A stretch of 64,000 bases of DNA, taken from the NCBI GenBank assembly GCA_035297365.1, contig DATGZA010000063.1, positions 1 to 64,000 on the forward strand, in the 5' to 3' direction. The notes under the pieces were generated by a model. The model made no database searches. It was given only the letters and a program-made list of their open reading frames with translations, and was not told the DNA's origin. Of the stretch, positions 1 through 10,177 are shown piece by piece (within the stretch, counting starts at the first letter, position 1; every line of letters begins with the position of its first letter). This DNA is from Nitrososphaeraceae archaeon. GTDB lineage: Archaea; Thermoproteota; Nitrososphaeria; Nitrososphaerales; Nitrososphaeraceae. The position numbers and the translations under genes are program-made.

Positions 1-239
1 ATTCGCTGGAAGTATATATCAATAATACCGTAAACAAACGTGCTATATCTCTACCTATTTGAAGGTTAAGAATAAAGAAAACCTTAATTGTCCACCGTTT
101 CTTGATAATTTAGACATCTTTCTGGGAAATAATCTGTGCATTCGGGCAATATGAGATAAAAGAAATTCGATACCTTTTTTTACTTTTCTATAATGTTCAA
201 TTGTAATTGATACGTTAATTTCCTTTTTTTATGTTCCAA
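1..239 (-). pseudogene. Degraded N-terminus of a thaumarchaeal primase-like (PriX-domain associated) gene; runs off the window edge
   Basis: Minus-strand frame reads KKGIEFLLSHIARMHRLFPRKMSK, resembling the G(L/I)xF(I/L)LSH..LFPR start of this family as I recall it; frameshifted and interrupted by stops. Confidence 0.4.
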
Positions 240-284
240 TAAATTGACTAATATTTTAAAAATATGTAATATGATAATTAAAAA

Positions 285-363
285 ATAAATCTTAAATATT
301 ATTCATGATACTGTAACATTGGACTCTTATTTTTGTACTGCTATCGGTGTTACTGCCGACGGG
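285..363 (+). repeat. Dispersed repeat copy 1 (TATA-like upstream part, core and ~47-bp arm)
   Basis: taaatcttaaatattat...ctg taacat tggactcttatttttgtactgctatcggtgttactgccgacgg; the arm aligns ungapped with copies 2-6. Confidence 0.85.
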
Positions 364-434
364 TAGGTTATGTATTGGGCTTACTATACAAGTATAGACA
401 ATAAATTATAGAGAAAAAAGGAGACTAAAGGAAA

Positions 435-960
435 ACGACATATAATCTATCTACAACAATCAATAATATTGAAAGAGATGTTCTTAATAGAGAAAATAAA
501 CAATTATTATTGAAATTCTATGAGTTTATGAAAAGATTATTATTGAAATTCTATGAGTTTATGAAAAGAATTGGAATCGCTGAAAGATATCAAAATAATA
601 GCCTGGAAGCAATCATAGCCTATAGTAAATCTCGTGGACCATTAATTTCCTTTTATCAAATTAAAGAAATAAGTAAAATATCTTCTTATTTGGATACAAA
701 AATAAAAACTATTGAGGAAGATTCAGATAAACATTGGATTACAACCTGGAATGATCAAGTTGTATGAATCAAATATTTTTTCAGATGGATGTATAACTGT
801 AAGGATAAAGATATTGACGATGTTCCATTTTCAGATTGATAAACACCTGAATTTGTAAGAATAAAGAAGAAAAGTAAAAGGATTAATCCATATCTTGAAA
901 ACGAATTGAAGAGTAAGGATTTATGTTATTTTGACTTTTGAAAATAGTATTGGCATTAAG
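435..960 (+). pseudogene. Truncated tyrosine recombinase/integrase-like pseudogene (N-terminal part only)
   Basis: One frame reads LSTTINNIE...FYEFMKRIG..YQNNSLEAIIAYSK...LDTKIKTIEEDSDKHWITTWND*IKYFFRWMYN...SD**TPEFVRIKKKSKRINPYLENEL, resembling Nitrososphaeraceae integrase N-termini as I recall them; stops at 765, 837 and 840, ACG at the likely start position, no catalytic domain. Confidence 0.65.
504..569 (+). repeat. Perfect 2 x 33-bp in-frame tandem duplication
   Basis: ttattattgaaattctatgagtttatgaaaaga at 504-536 and 537-569 (LLLKFYEFMKR twice). Confidence 0.95.
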
Positions 961-1221
961 AGAATTGTTCTGATTTTTTAAAGGATTTTATCGAATCTGA
1001 ATACAAGTTACTATATAATGTAACAGATTAATATATATAAATATGAAACGTATTAGAGAATTTAGTAAATCTCCAGTATCTATAAACAATTCTTAGTATT
1101 CTCATCCCATTTATGTATCTATTACGGTATATCAATCCCTATAAAAATGAAAGAAAAGGAATTATTCTTTCACTCTTAGCGAAATAGTTAAATTAAATAA
1201 TTACCTGATTTAATTAAGGCT

Positions 1222-2172
1222 TTGGGAGAAGATAAAGATGAAGAAAATGAAAGTCATAAAAAAGATGTTAGTTATAATACCAAACTTAAAAATGAAGACA
1301 TAGAAGAAGAAAGATCAATCGATATAGAGAATAATCATGATGAGGAAAACACCAAAGAAAAAATAATAGAAAAAATGACTGATAGAAATAATAATAATAC
1401 ACATAGCAAAACAGACACGTACACTAATAGTAATACATTATCATCTATTGAAAATAGAATTATTTATGATTTACAAACATTACTATCACAAAGACAAGAA
1501 AGGCTTTGGAGTGTTTTACATGAGCGTTATCAATACAATACATCAATAAAGAGAGGACAAGACTTTCTTCTCAATCACGTTGATTCTAAACTTTCTCTTG
1601 CGGTAATGTATGCTGATTTAGTAGGTTCAACAAAGATGAGTATGGTTTTACCAGTCGAAAAAATGGCAAAAATAATCAAAGCCTTTTCTCATGAATTGTC
1701 TTCCGTTGTTGAAAGTTATAATGGATTTGTATTAAAGTACGTAGGAGATGCAGTTATTGCGTTCTTTCCAAGTGGCTATAACAAGTATCTGTCTTGTGAC
1801 ACTGCATTCCAATGTGCTAAATCAATGATTAATGTAATAGAAAATGGTATTAATCCAATTTTAGAAAAAGATAAAGATAATTATCCAAAATTAGCTGTTA
1901 AAATAGCAATAGATGAGGGAGAGAATTTAGCTATACAATATGGATATGATAAAAGCGCACCTATTGATCTGATAGGATATCCTATGAATGTAGCAGCAGA
2001 GATGGAGGAATCCCTGACAGGACCAAACAAAATTTCTGTTGGAAATAATGTATATAAATTGCTACATCCTACAATAGTATCAGAATTTCAAGAAATACAG
2101 ATAAAAGAAACAGAATGGAAATATATTGATCTGGAAACTAATTCGCTATACAAAGTTTATACAACGAAATAA
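1222..2172 (+). CDS. Class III adenylate/guanylate cyclase domain protein with acidic low-complexity N-terminus
   Basis: Metal-binding motifs YADLVGST and KYVGDAV, plus DLIGYPMN. Confidence 0.85.
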   Translation: MGEDKDEENESHKKDVSYNTKLKNEDIEEERSIDIENNHDEENTKEKIIEKMTDRNNNNTHSKTDTYTNSNTLSSIENRIIYDLQTLLSQRQERLWSVLHERYQYNTSIKRGQDFLLNHVDSKLSLAVMYADLVGSTKMSMVLPVEKMAKIIKAFSHELSSVVESYNGFVLKYVGDAVIAFFPSGYNKYLSCDTAFQCAKSMINVIENGINPILEKDKDNYPKLAVKIAIDEGENLAIQYGYDKSAPIDLIGYPMNVAAEMEESLTGPNKISVGNNVYKLLHPTIVSEFQEIQIKETEWKYIDLETNSLYKVYTTK

Positions 2173-2384
2173 CATTTGTCTGTATGGGAACTTTATAAAA
2201 TTTATATGCAAGATATTCTGTTAGAGGATTTTACTGTAATTTCAATTATAGCTGTTATTACTTAAAATAAAAAGTCAATTTGTCCTAAATTACTACACAC
2301 ACCAATATTAAGTAATATATTAAATTAAAAGTTTTGAAAATGCTCAAATTTGTATTGATTATTATTATTCATAATAATAATCTA

Positions 2385-3030
2385 AGATTATAAAAAACGT
2401 TGAAACAAAACAGTAAAAAAAGAAAATTTAAAAAATGATACCAAAAATAAAAAGAAATAAGTATTAAAAAAATTAAATCTTCTAATTTAAATTCTAAAAA
2501 TATTTTGAATAAACCTAAACCTAAAAAAAGCAATAAATTGAATTCAAAAACTAAAAAAGATATATTTTTAAAAAGATAAAGTGGAAGAGAAAAGAAATTT
2601 GATACAAATAAGCTAACTCAAACTGGAAGTAGGTCAGTGATTCCTTTCCAGTTTCAAGAGATGTAGTAAAATCAAGGACAAAGAAAATTAAAAAATAAGT
2701 TCAAAATAAATCGACTTCAATAACAAAGAAAAAGAACAACAACAATCTTCCATCGTAGCAACTAAAGAACAATAATTAAAAATTAATACAAAAAAAGAAC
2801 CAGAAGAAGTGATTGTGACTGCAAGTTAAATAAAAAATTTGGTAGAAGTAAAGGATAGAAATCAACAAGATCATAGCCCATCATTTTCTGGCAATACTAC
2901 TACCAGTACTATTATAGATGAAGAATCATGCATGAAAATAACACTTAGTTACAGGGAACCAGTAATGGATAAAGTTGCAGCAAATAAGAAAGTTCTCTAT
3001 GATCCCAGTAAACAAAAAGGAAGTTCTTGA
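2385..3030 (+). pseudogene. Degraded paralogue of the Lys-rich ATP-cone gene at 13866-14501
   Basis: Clear nucleotide similarity (aaaaatgataccaaaaa, gtggaagaga, gtaggtcag, caagatcatagccca, gaaccagtaatggat) with stops and frameshifts; ORF 2839-3030 is its C-terminus. Confidence 0.85.
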
Positions 3031-3102
3031 CAATCTTCTTGTCTTTCTATATCTTTCATAATTTTTTAATCCAAAATTTCATTTCTTATTATATTATATA
3101 AC

Positions 3103-3179
3103 AAATAAGTTTGAATCATTCATAATACCACAACGTTAGACTCTTATTTTAACACAGTTATCGGTATTAATTTTGATGG
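3103..3179 (+). repeat. Dispersed repeat copy 2
   Basis: cca caacgt tagactcttattttaacacagttatcggtattaattttgatgg. Confidence 0.85.
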
Positions 3180-3306
3180 TGAATACTCATATGTTTGTAG
3201 TTATATCATTCGAACACATAAGGTATCTTAGTTATAGATTAAATACATTAAAAAAATACTAAAAAATATTTTTACAGGTATACTTATTTAATTTATGATG
3301 ATTGCG

Positions 3307-4119
3307 CTATTTTACATTTCTTAAAGCATTCGAAATATGGAATTTATTATACCAAAATAAAGCCCCTGACATTATAATAAAATCTGTTATATAGAATAGT
3401 TCCCAAAACCAGAGATTTTCTGAATTGCTTGCTACAAAATCATTAACATATCCATCATCCGCTATTGCATTCACTAATAATGACAATGAAGAAAGAAACC
3501 ACGGGATATTGTACTCATAATCTTTACGTAAGATTAAAAGTATTATTAAAGAAGGTATAATTAATATAAAGTCTAAAATAGGATACAAAAGGGTTACGAT
3601 GAGAGCTATAAAATCATTTTCAATGTTAGAATCATAAGAAAGAAGATTAACTAAATTATAACTAATAAAGAGAGTTGTAAAAATTGATGCCGCAATAACA
3701 ATTTTGGATTTTATTTTAATACATAATGAATGTAATATTATAAACAAATGTAGAGCAAGAAATCCATATCCAGCAAACCATAAAGCATCAGTAATAGTTA
3801 CAAGTCTTTGTTCTTCTATTCCCAATGCATAATAATCATATAAAAGTGTAAAATCAGCCGAAAACCAAAATATAAGACCAAGTGTAAGAAACAAATATGA
3901 TTTACCATGAAGTCCATGAAATCCATATCTACAGATAGCGATAATACCTAAAATCGAAGCAGTAGCTGCAGTTATATTTAATATGAAAAGAGAAACAAAA
4001 TGCTTACTATACGCTTCTGAAAATATTACATTAGCATTTGCAATTATTATAACTATTATCATTGAAAAAACATAATATTTTAGTGTTAATCTATGTGCAG
4101 TCTTTTCATTTGAAGGCAA
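3307..4119 (-). CDS. Polytopic membrane protein, hypothetical
   Basis: 270-aa ORF with about 8 hydrophobic segments. Confidence 0.75.
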   Translation of the reverse strand: MPSNEKTAHRLTLKYYVFSMIIVIIIANANVIFSEAYSKHFVSLFILNITAATASILGIIAICRYGFHGLHGKSYLFLTLGLIFWFSADFTLLYDYYALGIEEQRLVTITDALWFAGYGFLALHLFIILHSLCIKIKSKIVIAASIFTTLFISYNLVNLLSYDSNIENDFIALIVTLLYPILDFILIIPSLIILLILRKDYEYNIPWFLSSLSLLVNAIADDGYVNDFVASNSENLWFWELFYITDFIIMSGALFWYNKFHISNALRNVK

Positions 4120-4408
4120 AGTTTATTGACAATAACATAACATCTTTTAGATTTTTAAGGATTCGTCTCAATTAAATTGATAATTATGTAGTTATAAGTA
4201 AGTTATCGTCTAAAACCTCCACTCTTATCTTGAATGAAGAAAAAAGGCGATTTCAATTTCTTTGATAAAACAAATAAGTAAATTGTTATTAATATAAAAC
4301 CTAATAAAGAATATCTATTTTATATATATTTTAGTATAATTTTACCTAATTTTTACTTTTAATTATAGTTTATAAGTTACAAAAACTATACTAAATTTAG
4401 TTAATAAT

Positions 4409-4954
4409 ATGGCAAACTTAAATGATGAAAATAAGCAACAAAATAACAATATAAAAGAAGATAAAGAGAATTTTTTAGACAATCATAGAGAACTGTTAGA
4501 AAATATAACATTAAATATTCCAGATACAACAAATAAGCTTACTAGTACTATCAATGAATATCAAAATACAAATAATGACAGTCTTGAAAAAATTTTAGAT
4601 ACAGCAAACAAATATCAACAACAAAATATTAATACAATCCAATCAATCTCTAACAATTATGTAGAATTACAAAAGAATATTCTTATTACTTATCAATCAG
4701 TATTTTCTAAATTTATAAATAAATCTTATTGGAATAAATTTATTTATCCACTAGGATATACAGATGTTTATAATGATACCAACCAAAATATTACAGATAA
4801 TAAAATAAATGCTAAAAGAGGAATAAATGACTTTGTATTTGGTTATACAGAAACCGTTAACAAATGTATGGAAATTGCACAAAAAAACTATAATCATTCA
4901 GTTCAAAAATTCTTTAGCTTTGTAAATGAGATTCAAAAATCTTATAACTACTAA
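4409..4954 (+). CDS. Asn/Gln-rich helical hypothetical protein (phasin-like thaumarchaeal family)
   Basis: 181-aa ORF; INEYQ..INTIQSISNNYVELQKNI resembles IAEYQEQTIQTIKDIASDFIEAEKEV of 17168-17737. Confidence 0.6.
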   Translation: MANLNDENKQQNNNIKEDKENFLDNHRELLENITLNIPDTTNKLTSTINEYQNTNNDSLEKILDTANKYQQQNINTIQSISNNYVELQKNILITYQSVFSKFINKSYWNKFIYPLGYTDVYNDTNQNITDNKINAKRGINDFVFGYTETVNKCMEIAQKNYNHSVQKFFSFVNEIQKSYNY

Positions 4955-5015
4955 TTTTTATTTTTTTATTCTACCGTAAAAATTATTAGTTGTTTAATTT
5001 CGTGAGTAATACTAA

Positions 5016-6125
5016 ATGAAAAATTTTTCTTCAAAAGAAATAAGATTTTCTGGTGATTCAATAAAAAGTTGTGTAGTTTTTATTGATTTGGTAGATTCTA
5101 CTAAAAATACCATTACAATGGACAATTTAGAACATATTAGAATCTATTATTCTAAATTTATGAATTCAATATCAAAAATAGTTAAAAATTATGGTGGGAA
5201 AGTTATCAAAAATATTGGTGATTGTTTATTATTATATTTTCCAAAAGTATCTGATAATAAAAACGAAAACGCTTTTAGAGAAGTTATTGAATGTGGCCTG
5301 AAAATCTTAGATTCCCGCTATGCTGTTAATCAAGAATTGTCCAAGCACCATCTTCCACCATTCAGCTATAAAATTAGTATGGATTTTGGTGTTTTAGATT
5401 TAGCTTTAGTTGGTGATTATAGTCAGATAGATTTATTCGGGTCAACTGTAAACCGTTGTTCAAAGATAAATTCATCGCTGTCTATTTCAAATCAAATAAT
5501 TATTGGAGATAATTTTTATAGAATTTTAAAATCGTTTTCTAATATTGCTAACAATTATAATTTTATAAATAATGGTGAATGTAAGATAACCGAAACAATT
5601 GGATACCCTACATATAGTATAAAAAAAGTAAATAATTTATCTCTTGATGAAGGTAATACTACATACTTTCTGAGGAAGAAAATGTCAGGTTCCTATACTG
5701 ACAATTTTACAGTAGCTAAAAGTGATAAAGATCTGTTTTTTCCTAAAAGAAACAATACCAAAAGAATAATTTTAGTCGATGATGACCCAGATGTACTTTT
5801 TACCTATGAATCATTTTTAAAGGATAATGATTATGAAATAATTTCTTTTACAGATCCTTCCAAGGCATTGAATTTTATTAAAGATCTTCCAAATTTTAAT
5901 GATTTACTAGTAACACTCGATATCCGAATGAAAGATTTGAATGGATTCCAATTACAACAGCAAATAAAATCAATAGACCCAACAATCAAAATTCTTTTTA
6001 TAACTGTTTTAGATATATCAGATGAAATATTAACCGTAGTTCCAGGTTTATCCAAGGAACAAATATTGATAAAACCCGTTGATAGAAAGATATTAATAAG
6101 TACTGTTAAAAAATTGTTAAAGTAG
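5016..6125 (+). CDS. Class III nucleotidyl cyclase fused to a C-terminal receiver (REC) domain
   Basis: FIDLVDST, KNIGDCL and DLFGSTVN; REC motifs ILVDDDPD, LDIRM and IKP. Confidence 0.88.
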   Translation: MKNFSSKEIRFSGDSIKSCVVFIDLVDSTKNTITMDNLEHIRIYYSKFMNSISKIVKNYGGKVIKNIGDCLLLYFPKVSDNKNENAFREVIECGLKILDSRYAVNQELSKHHLPPFSYKISMDFGVLDLALVGDYSQIDLFGSTVNRCSKINSSLSISNQIIIGDNFYRILKSFSNIANNYNFINNGECKITETIGYPTYSIKKVNNLSLDEGNTTYFLRKKMSGSYTDNFTVAKSDKDLFFPKRNNTKRIILVDDDPDVLFTYESFLKDNDYEIISFTDPSKALNFIKDLPNFNDLLVTLDIRMKDLNGFQLQQQIKSIDPTIKILFITVLDISDEILTVVPGLSKEQILIKPVDRKILISTVKKLLK

Positions 6126-6156
6126 TAAAATTCAACTTTATTATTATTAAGATTTA

Positions 6157-6230
6157 AAGTAAATCATAAATAATATCCCTTTGTACTATAACATTAGACT
6201 CATATTTTTGCACCGCTATCGGTATTTATT
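6157..6230 (+). repeat. Dispersed repeat copy 3
   Basis: aagtaaatcataaataatat...cta taacat tagactcatatttttgcaccgctatcggtat. Confidence 0.85.
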
Positions 6231-6335
6231 TCTATAAACTAAAACTTTCCAATTCTGTAAATGCTGCTATAATTGAGCAATTCTATGAATTGCAAAAAAG
6301 CAAATATATATACAAAACAATAAGAACTTAGGTAT

Positions 6336-6572
6336 ATGCCCAAGTTCCTTGATGTTCACTCTTTGAAAGGATTTGATGAAGAGACTTTAAGAAAATTGCA
6401 ACAGTCTCCTGTAGATGAATTCGGAATTACACATATTAACATAATGTATAACAAAGAAGAAGACAAGTTCTTTTGCCTTCTTGACGCACCCAATAGAGAA
6501 GCAGTAGAAAATCATCATCATAAACACGGCGTCAAGTGTGAATGGATAACAGAAGTGAAAACTACCTCTTAA
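6336..6572 (+). CDS. DUF4242 / SCO4226-like small metal-binding protein
   Basis: MPKFLDVH...FCLLDAPNREAVENHH..HG..CEWITEV pattern. Confidence 0.8.
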   Translation: MPKFLDVHSLKGFDEETLRKLQQSPVDEFGITHINIMYNKEEDKFFCLLDAPNREAVENHHHKHGVKCEWITEVKTTS

Positions 6573-6819
6573 GGTACTATAGATTCTATCACTTTAATTA
6601 AATATTTGATAAATAATATTAGCAAAATAAAAGCAACTAACAATTAGGTTATTTTATCTTTTTTCGAGTTCATAAATTATAATTCTCGCGTTATCTTCCA
6701 CCTAATCTAATATAGGTTCGAATTATCTAATTTTACTATTTTTGTCTCATTACAGAAATGATAATTTACACGTTCGTAATATATCTATATAATATTAAAT
6801 AATTTTAAAGAATAAGTAT

Positions 6820-6902
6820 CTAATACTAGAAGCTAACTATAAGTTAGTAGTATATTCACATTAGATTCTTATTTTAGAACCGCTTTAGGTATTTCTCCGG
6901 AC
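6820..6902 (+). repeat. Dispersed repeat copy 4, with an alternative upstream arm shared with 8031-8074
   Basis: ctaatactagaagctaactataagtt...tcacat tagattcttattttagaaccgctttaggtatttctccggac. Confidence 0.8.
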
Positions 6903-7046
6903 TCAATTGCATGACTTCTATACCTATAATTCTAGGAATAAAAAAGTCTCAATTACAAGAAGTTCCTTTTATCTATAGGTCCAGACTAAAAACCAAAAAA
7001 AGGAAATAGGAGAGACAAACAGAGAAAAGTTCATTAAATATAATCA

Positions 7047-7830
7047 ATGTGGCATTTATGTGGGAAAATTTTTACTGACAACAAGTTTTTTTACCTTGAT
7101 TTTAATTTTACTTCTGGTAACTCTGTCAATGTAATGTCAATTAGTGGAGGGAATTCTAATACTACTACATTTATAAATAATAATACAAATCTTGATATTT
7201 CTAATTTAGTTTACGAGATAGATTCCAAGCCTTTTAATGTTTCATATGTAGAGTGGACAGAGAAAATGGTGGCAATGGACATATTCTATTCCTTGGGATA
7301 AAAATCCCTCATACGATGATACTGGAAAATATTGCAGTGAAAATCAAAGTGGACCAGTTTGGTTTCTAACTTTAGCTTATAAACATGCAGTTACCCGCAC
7401 ATGTGATATTCCTGAAAATACAGCTTTGTTTATAACTCTATTAAATTCTGAATGCTCTTATGCAGAATTTCCGTTGTTAAAAACTGAAGAAGAACTAAGA
7501 GAATGCGCTAAACGTATCCAAGACCTTGTAGTTAGAGTAAATGCTTCACTTTATAAAGTACTTGTACCAAATTTAGAAAATTATCGTGTCCAGACTGATA
7601 TTTCCAATTTTACTTTACCCGAAAATAATATTTTGAATTTATCTTCTCAGACGACACAAGCTGTTGCAGATGGAAATTGGTTATTGCTTAAACCTCTCAA
7701 TCCTGGAATATATGAATTAAAAGCAAAAAGTGATATTAATGCAACTTCTACAATAGAGATTAATGGGAATAAATATAATGGTCCTGTTGGATGGAACTAT
7801 ACGACTAAATACATTTTAAATGTAAAATGA
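7047..7830 (+). pseudogene. Frameshifted conserved secreted-type hypothetical gene (two track ORFs form one gene)
   Basis: DSKPFNVSYVEWTE continues as KWWQWTYSIPWDKNPSYDDTGKYCSENQSGPVWFL after removing one A at ~7264-7267, and that frame joins ORF 7426-7830. Confidence 0.75.
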
Positions 7831-8030
7831 GCTAAAAATTAAAATAGAAATTGAAAGATCACATAAAAGGAGAAATCTCTATTATCTGATATAAACAACA
7901 TTAATAAAGCTATAAAATATTATCACATTCAGCCAGATTTGTATGTAAATAAATCATAATTCATACCAATATTACCCGCAGCAAATTATATATTCTGAGT
8001 CTTAGAACAATTTTAGAATAAGTTACATTA

Positions 8031-8074
8031 CTAATAATAAAAGCTAAATACAAGTTGTGTGAGGTCTACTACAT
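8031..8074 (+). repeat. Second copy of the alternative arm plus CTA-NNACAT core, lacking the downstream arm
   Basis: ctaataataaaagctaaatacaagtt matches 6820-6845 at 22/26 positions and is followed by gt cta ctacat. Confidence 0.55.
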
Positions 8075-8520
8075 CGACGATTCAACTGTCGACCTATTAC
8101 CCGAATATATAAATGAAACACTATCATGTTATGATGATGATCTCCATCAGGTAACAAAAGCTATAATCAAATAAATACGTTAATTTATTTTTATCATTAT
8201 CAAATTATTTTTTGTGTTAATTATTAATCAAATTCAAAGATGTGGTAAAGATATAAGATTATCTTTAAGAATGTAAATACAAGGTGTTAGAACCCTAATT
8301 CATAAGTTCTATTTGGAAAATGATTAACTTAATAACTCATCATAATAAACAAAATTTTACAATATCATATATTAAAAATAGAATATTATAGTGTATTTAA
8401 TTCTGTCTAATCATTCAGTATGGGAAGAATCTATGATTAAAGTAAATTGTCCAAATTCAATTGGTAAATCTATCGATATCATGATAAAAACTTTTATAGT
8501 ATATTTATTTTTCAATTAAC

Positions 8521-8937
8521 ATGAAAATTCTATCAATAATATCTTTGATTGTAGTATTCTCTTTGTCTTTATTCACTGTTATGAGTAATATGAGTACAGT
8601 ATTACAACATGTTAACGGACAAGATCTTGAAGAAAATACTGGTGAAAAATTGTATGTTTTACTATTTGAACAAAACAAGATAGGGAACATAGATAACTCT
8701 ACTAAAATTGTATCTGCTATCGTAGGTAATAATTTAATTAAAATTGAGGAAGAACTATTAGAAGAAATAAGTTTAACACCCTCTCAACAATTAAAAGAAC
8801 AGATGAGTGAGATAATTAGAAACGGTACGAGTGGATTATCTTGTAATGCTTCTCTGACTTCAGAGGATGGAGAGAATGTTGGAATAGATTGTATCTCGTC
8901 TGGAAAGTATATTATTTGGCATATCTATCCAAAATAA
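8521..8937 (+). CDS. Secreted hypothetical protein
   Basis: 138-aa ORF with a signal-peptide-like N-terminus and two Cys. Confidence 0.7.
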   Translation: MKILSIISLIVVFSLSLFTVMSNMSTVLQHVNGQDLEENTGEKLYVLLFEQNKIGNIDNSTKIVSAIVGNNLIKIEEELLEEISLTPSQQLKEQMSEIIRNGTSGLSCNASLTSEDGENVGIDCISSGKYIIWHIYPK

Positions 8938-8999
8938 TATACTATTTTTTGAATTATAAGGATTTACATTCTAAGAAGAGGATGAGGATTAATTGATAA

Positions 9000-9330
9000 A
9001 GATATGACATTTAGTCATACAGATGACTATTACAGAATCATGTGAATTGAATATATGAATTATAGATTATTCAAATGATGTATTTTATAAACAAATAATG
9101 GATGAAAAAGAAAGTGATTTTTATCTAAATTACCAAGATTTGCATATTTTCCATTTTGAGGTCGAATCAAGTCGTGTATTGAAAAACATGGACTACTAAT
9201 AGAATTCATGCTCTATCAACAATATTTCAAAGCTGAAAGATATTCCCTGCAGAGCGAGCTCAATAAGTTTTTATCCAATAAACCTTGGTTTTATTAACTC
9301 AAAATATTCTAATAAATTAATAGTTAAAAG
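9000..9330 (+). pseudogene. Cytochrome P450 C-terminal remnant (boundaries approximate)
   Basis: 9121-9186 reads LSKLPRFAYFPF*GRIKSCIEK, a decayed form of the heme-ligand motif FPFGGGxRxCIG. Confidence 0.55.
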
Positions 9331-9627
9331 AAGATAAGGAGTTTAGAGTAATCTAAACTGGGTTCTTGATACCAATAGCAAATTGTTCAGATAGAGTTGA
9401 CATACTGGATTAAGATGGTTTTATAGCATAAAATAATACCATAGAAAATGCTACGACTAACAACATAATCATATTTTTATCATTTTCCTTCATAAAATTA
9501 TTAAAAAAATATAAATTTTCTCTCTTTTTCTCTAATTGTAACTAATATCTACAATGATTCTATTATAACTTTCTTTTGTTTTCTTCTAACAGAATATTAA
9601 AATAAGTAAATCACGTGTATAACAAAT

Positions 9628-9888
9628 ATGAAATACAGAAGTAGAACCGAAATAGTGAGTAATATACTTAACGCTGCAAATGGAGGCACAACAAAGACAA
9701 GAATTATGTATAAAGCTTTTCTAAGTTATACCCAATTAAAAGAATATCTTTCTGTTTTGATAGAAAACAGCCTGATAGAATATATTGATGGGACTCATAC
9801 ATTCAAGACCACCGAAAAAGGATTAAACTTTCTTAAAATGCATAACGAAATGGGAGAATTATTACAAACTACCATCGAAAACAAGTAA
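9628..9888 (+). CDS. Winged helix-turn-helix regulator (archaeal HTH_45/ArnR1-like)
   Basis: MKYRSRTEIVSNIL..A.GG.TKTRIMYKAFLSYTQLKEYL...FKTTEKG. Confidence 0.9.
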   Translation: MKYRSRTEIVSNILNAANGGTTKTRIMYKAFLSYTQLKEYLSVLIENSLIEYIDGTHTFKTTEKGLNFLKMHNEMGELLQTTIENK

Positions 9889-10177
9889 TTAATATTATAT
9901 TTTGATGCATGGTAACAATTGAAGAGTCTTCAACAGCTGGTGAATAATCAATAACCAACTATGACCCAGGTGATACAGCAATTGTTAATAGGCTGTATTA
10001 TTATGTATATTTAACTCCGAATATTATTCGTACTATGCAGTAAAAGTCTTGAGTTTTTATCTCCCTGCTTCCGTTATAATATAATTTTTCGATAATTTTT
10101 AAAAATAGCTTTACATATAAGAATATTACGTTAGCAATGTTGGTAACTTTTGAAAACTTTATCTATATCTATGACTA

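Noticed and set aside
510-767. 85-aa ORF as a stand-alone gene
   Set aside because: It is a fragment of the longer integrase-like pseudogene frame
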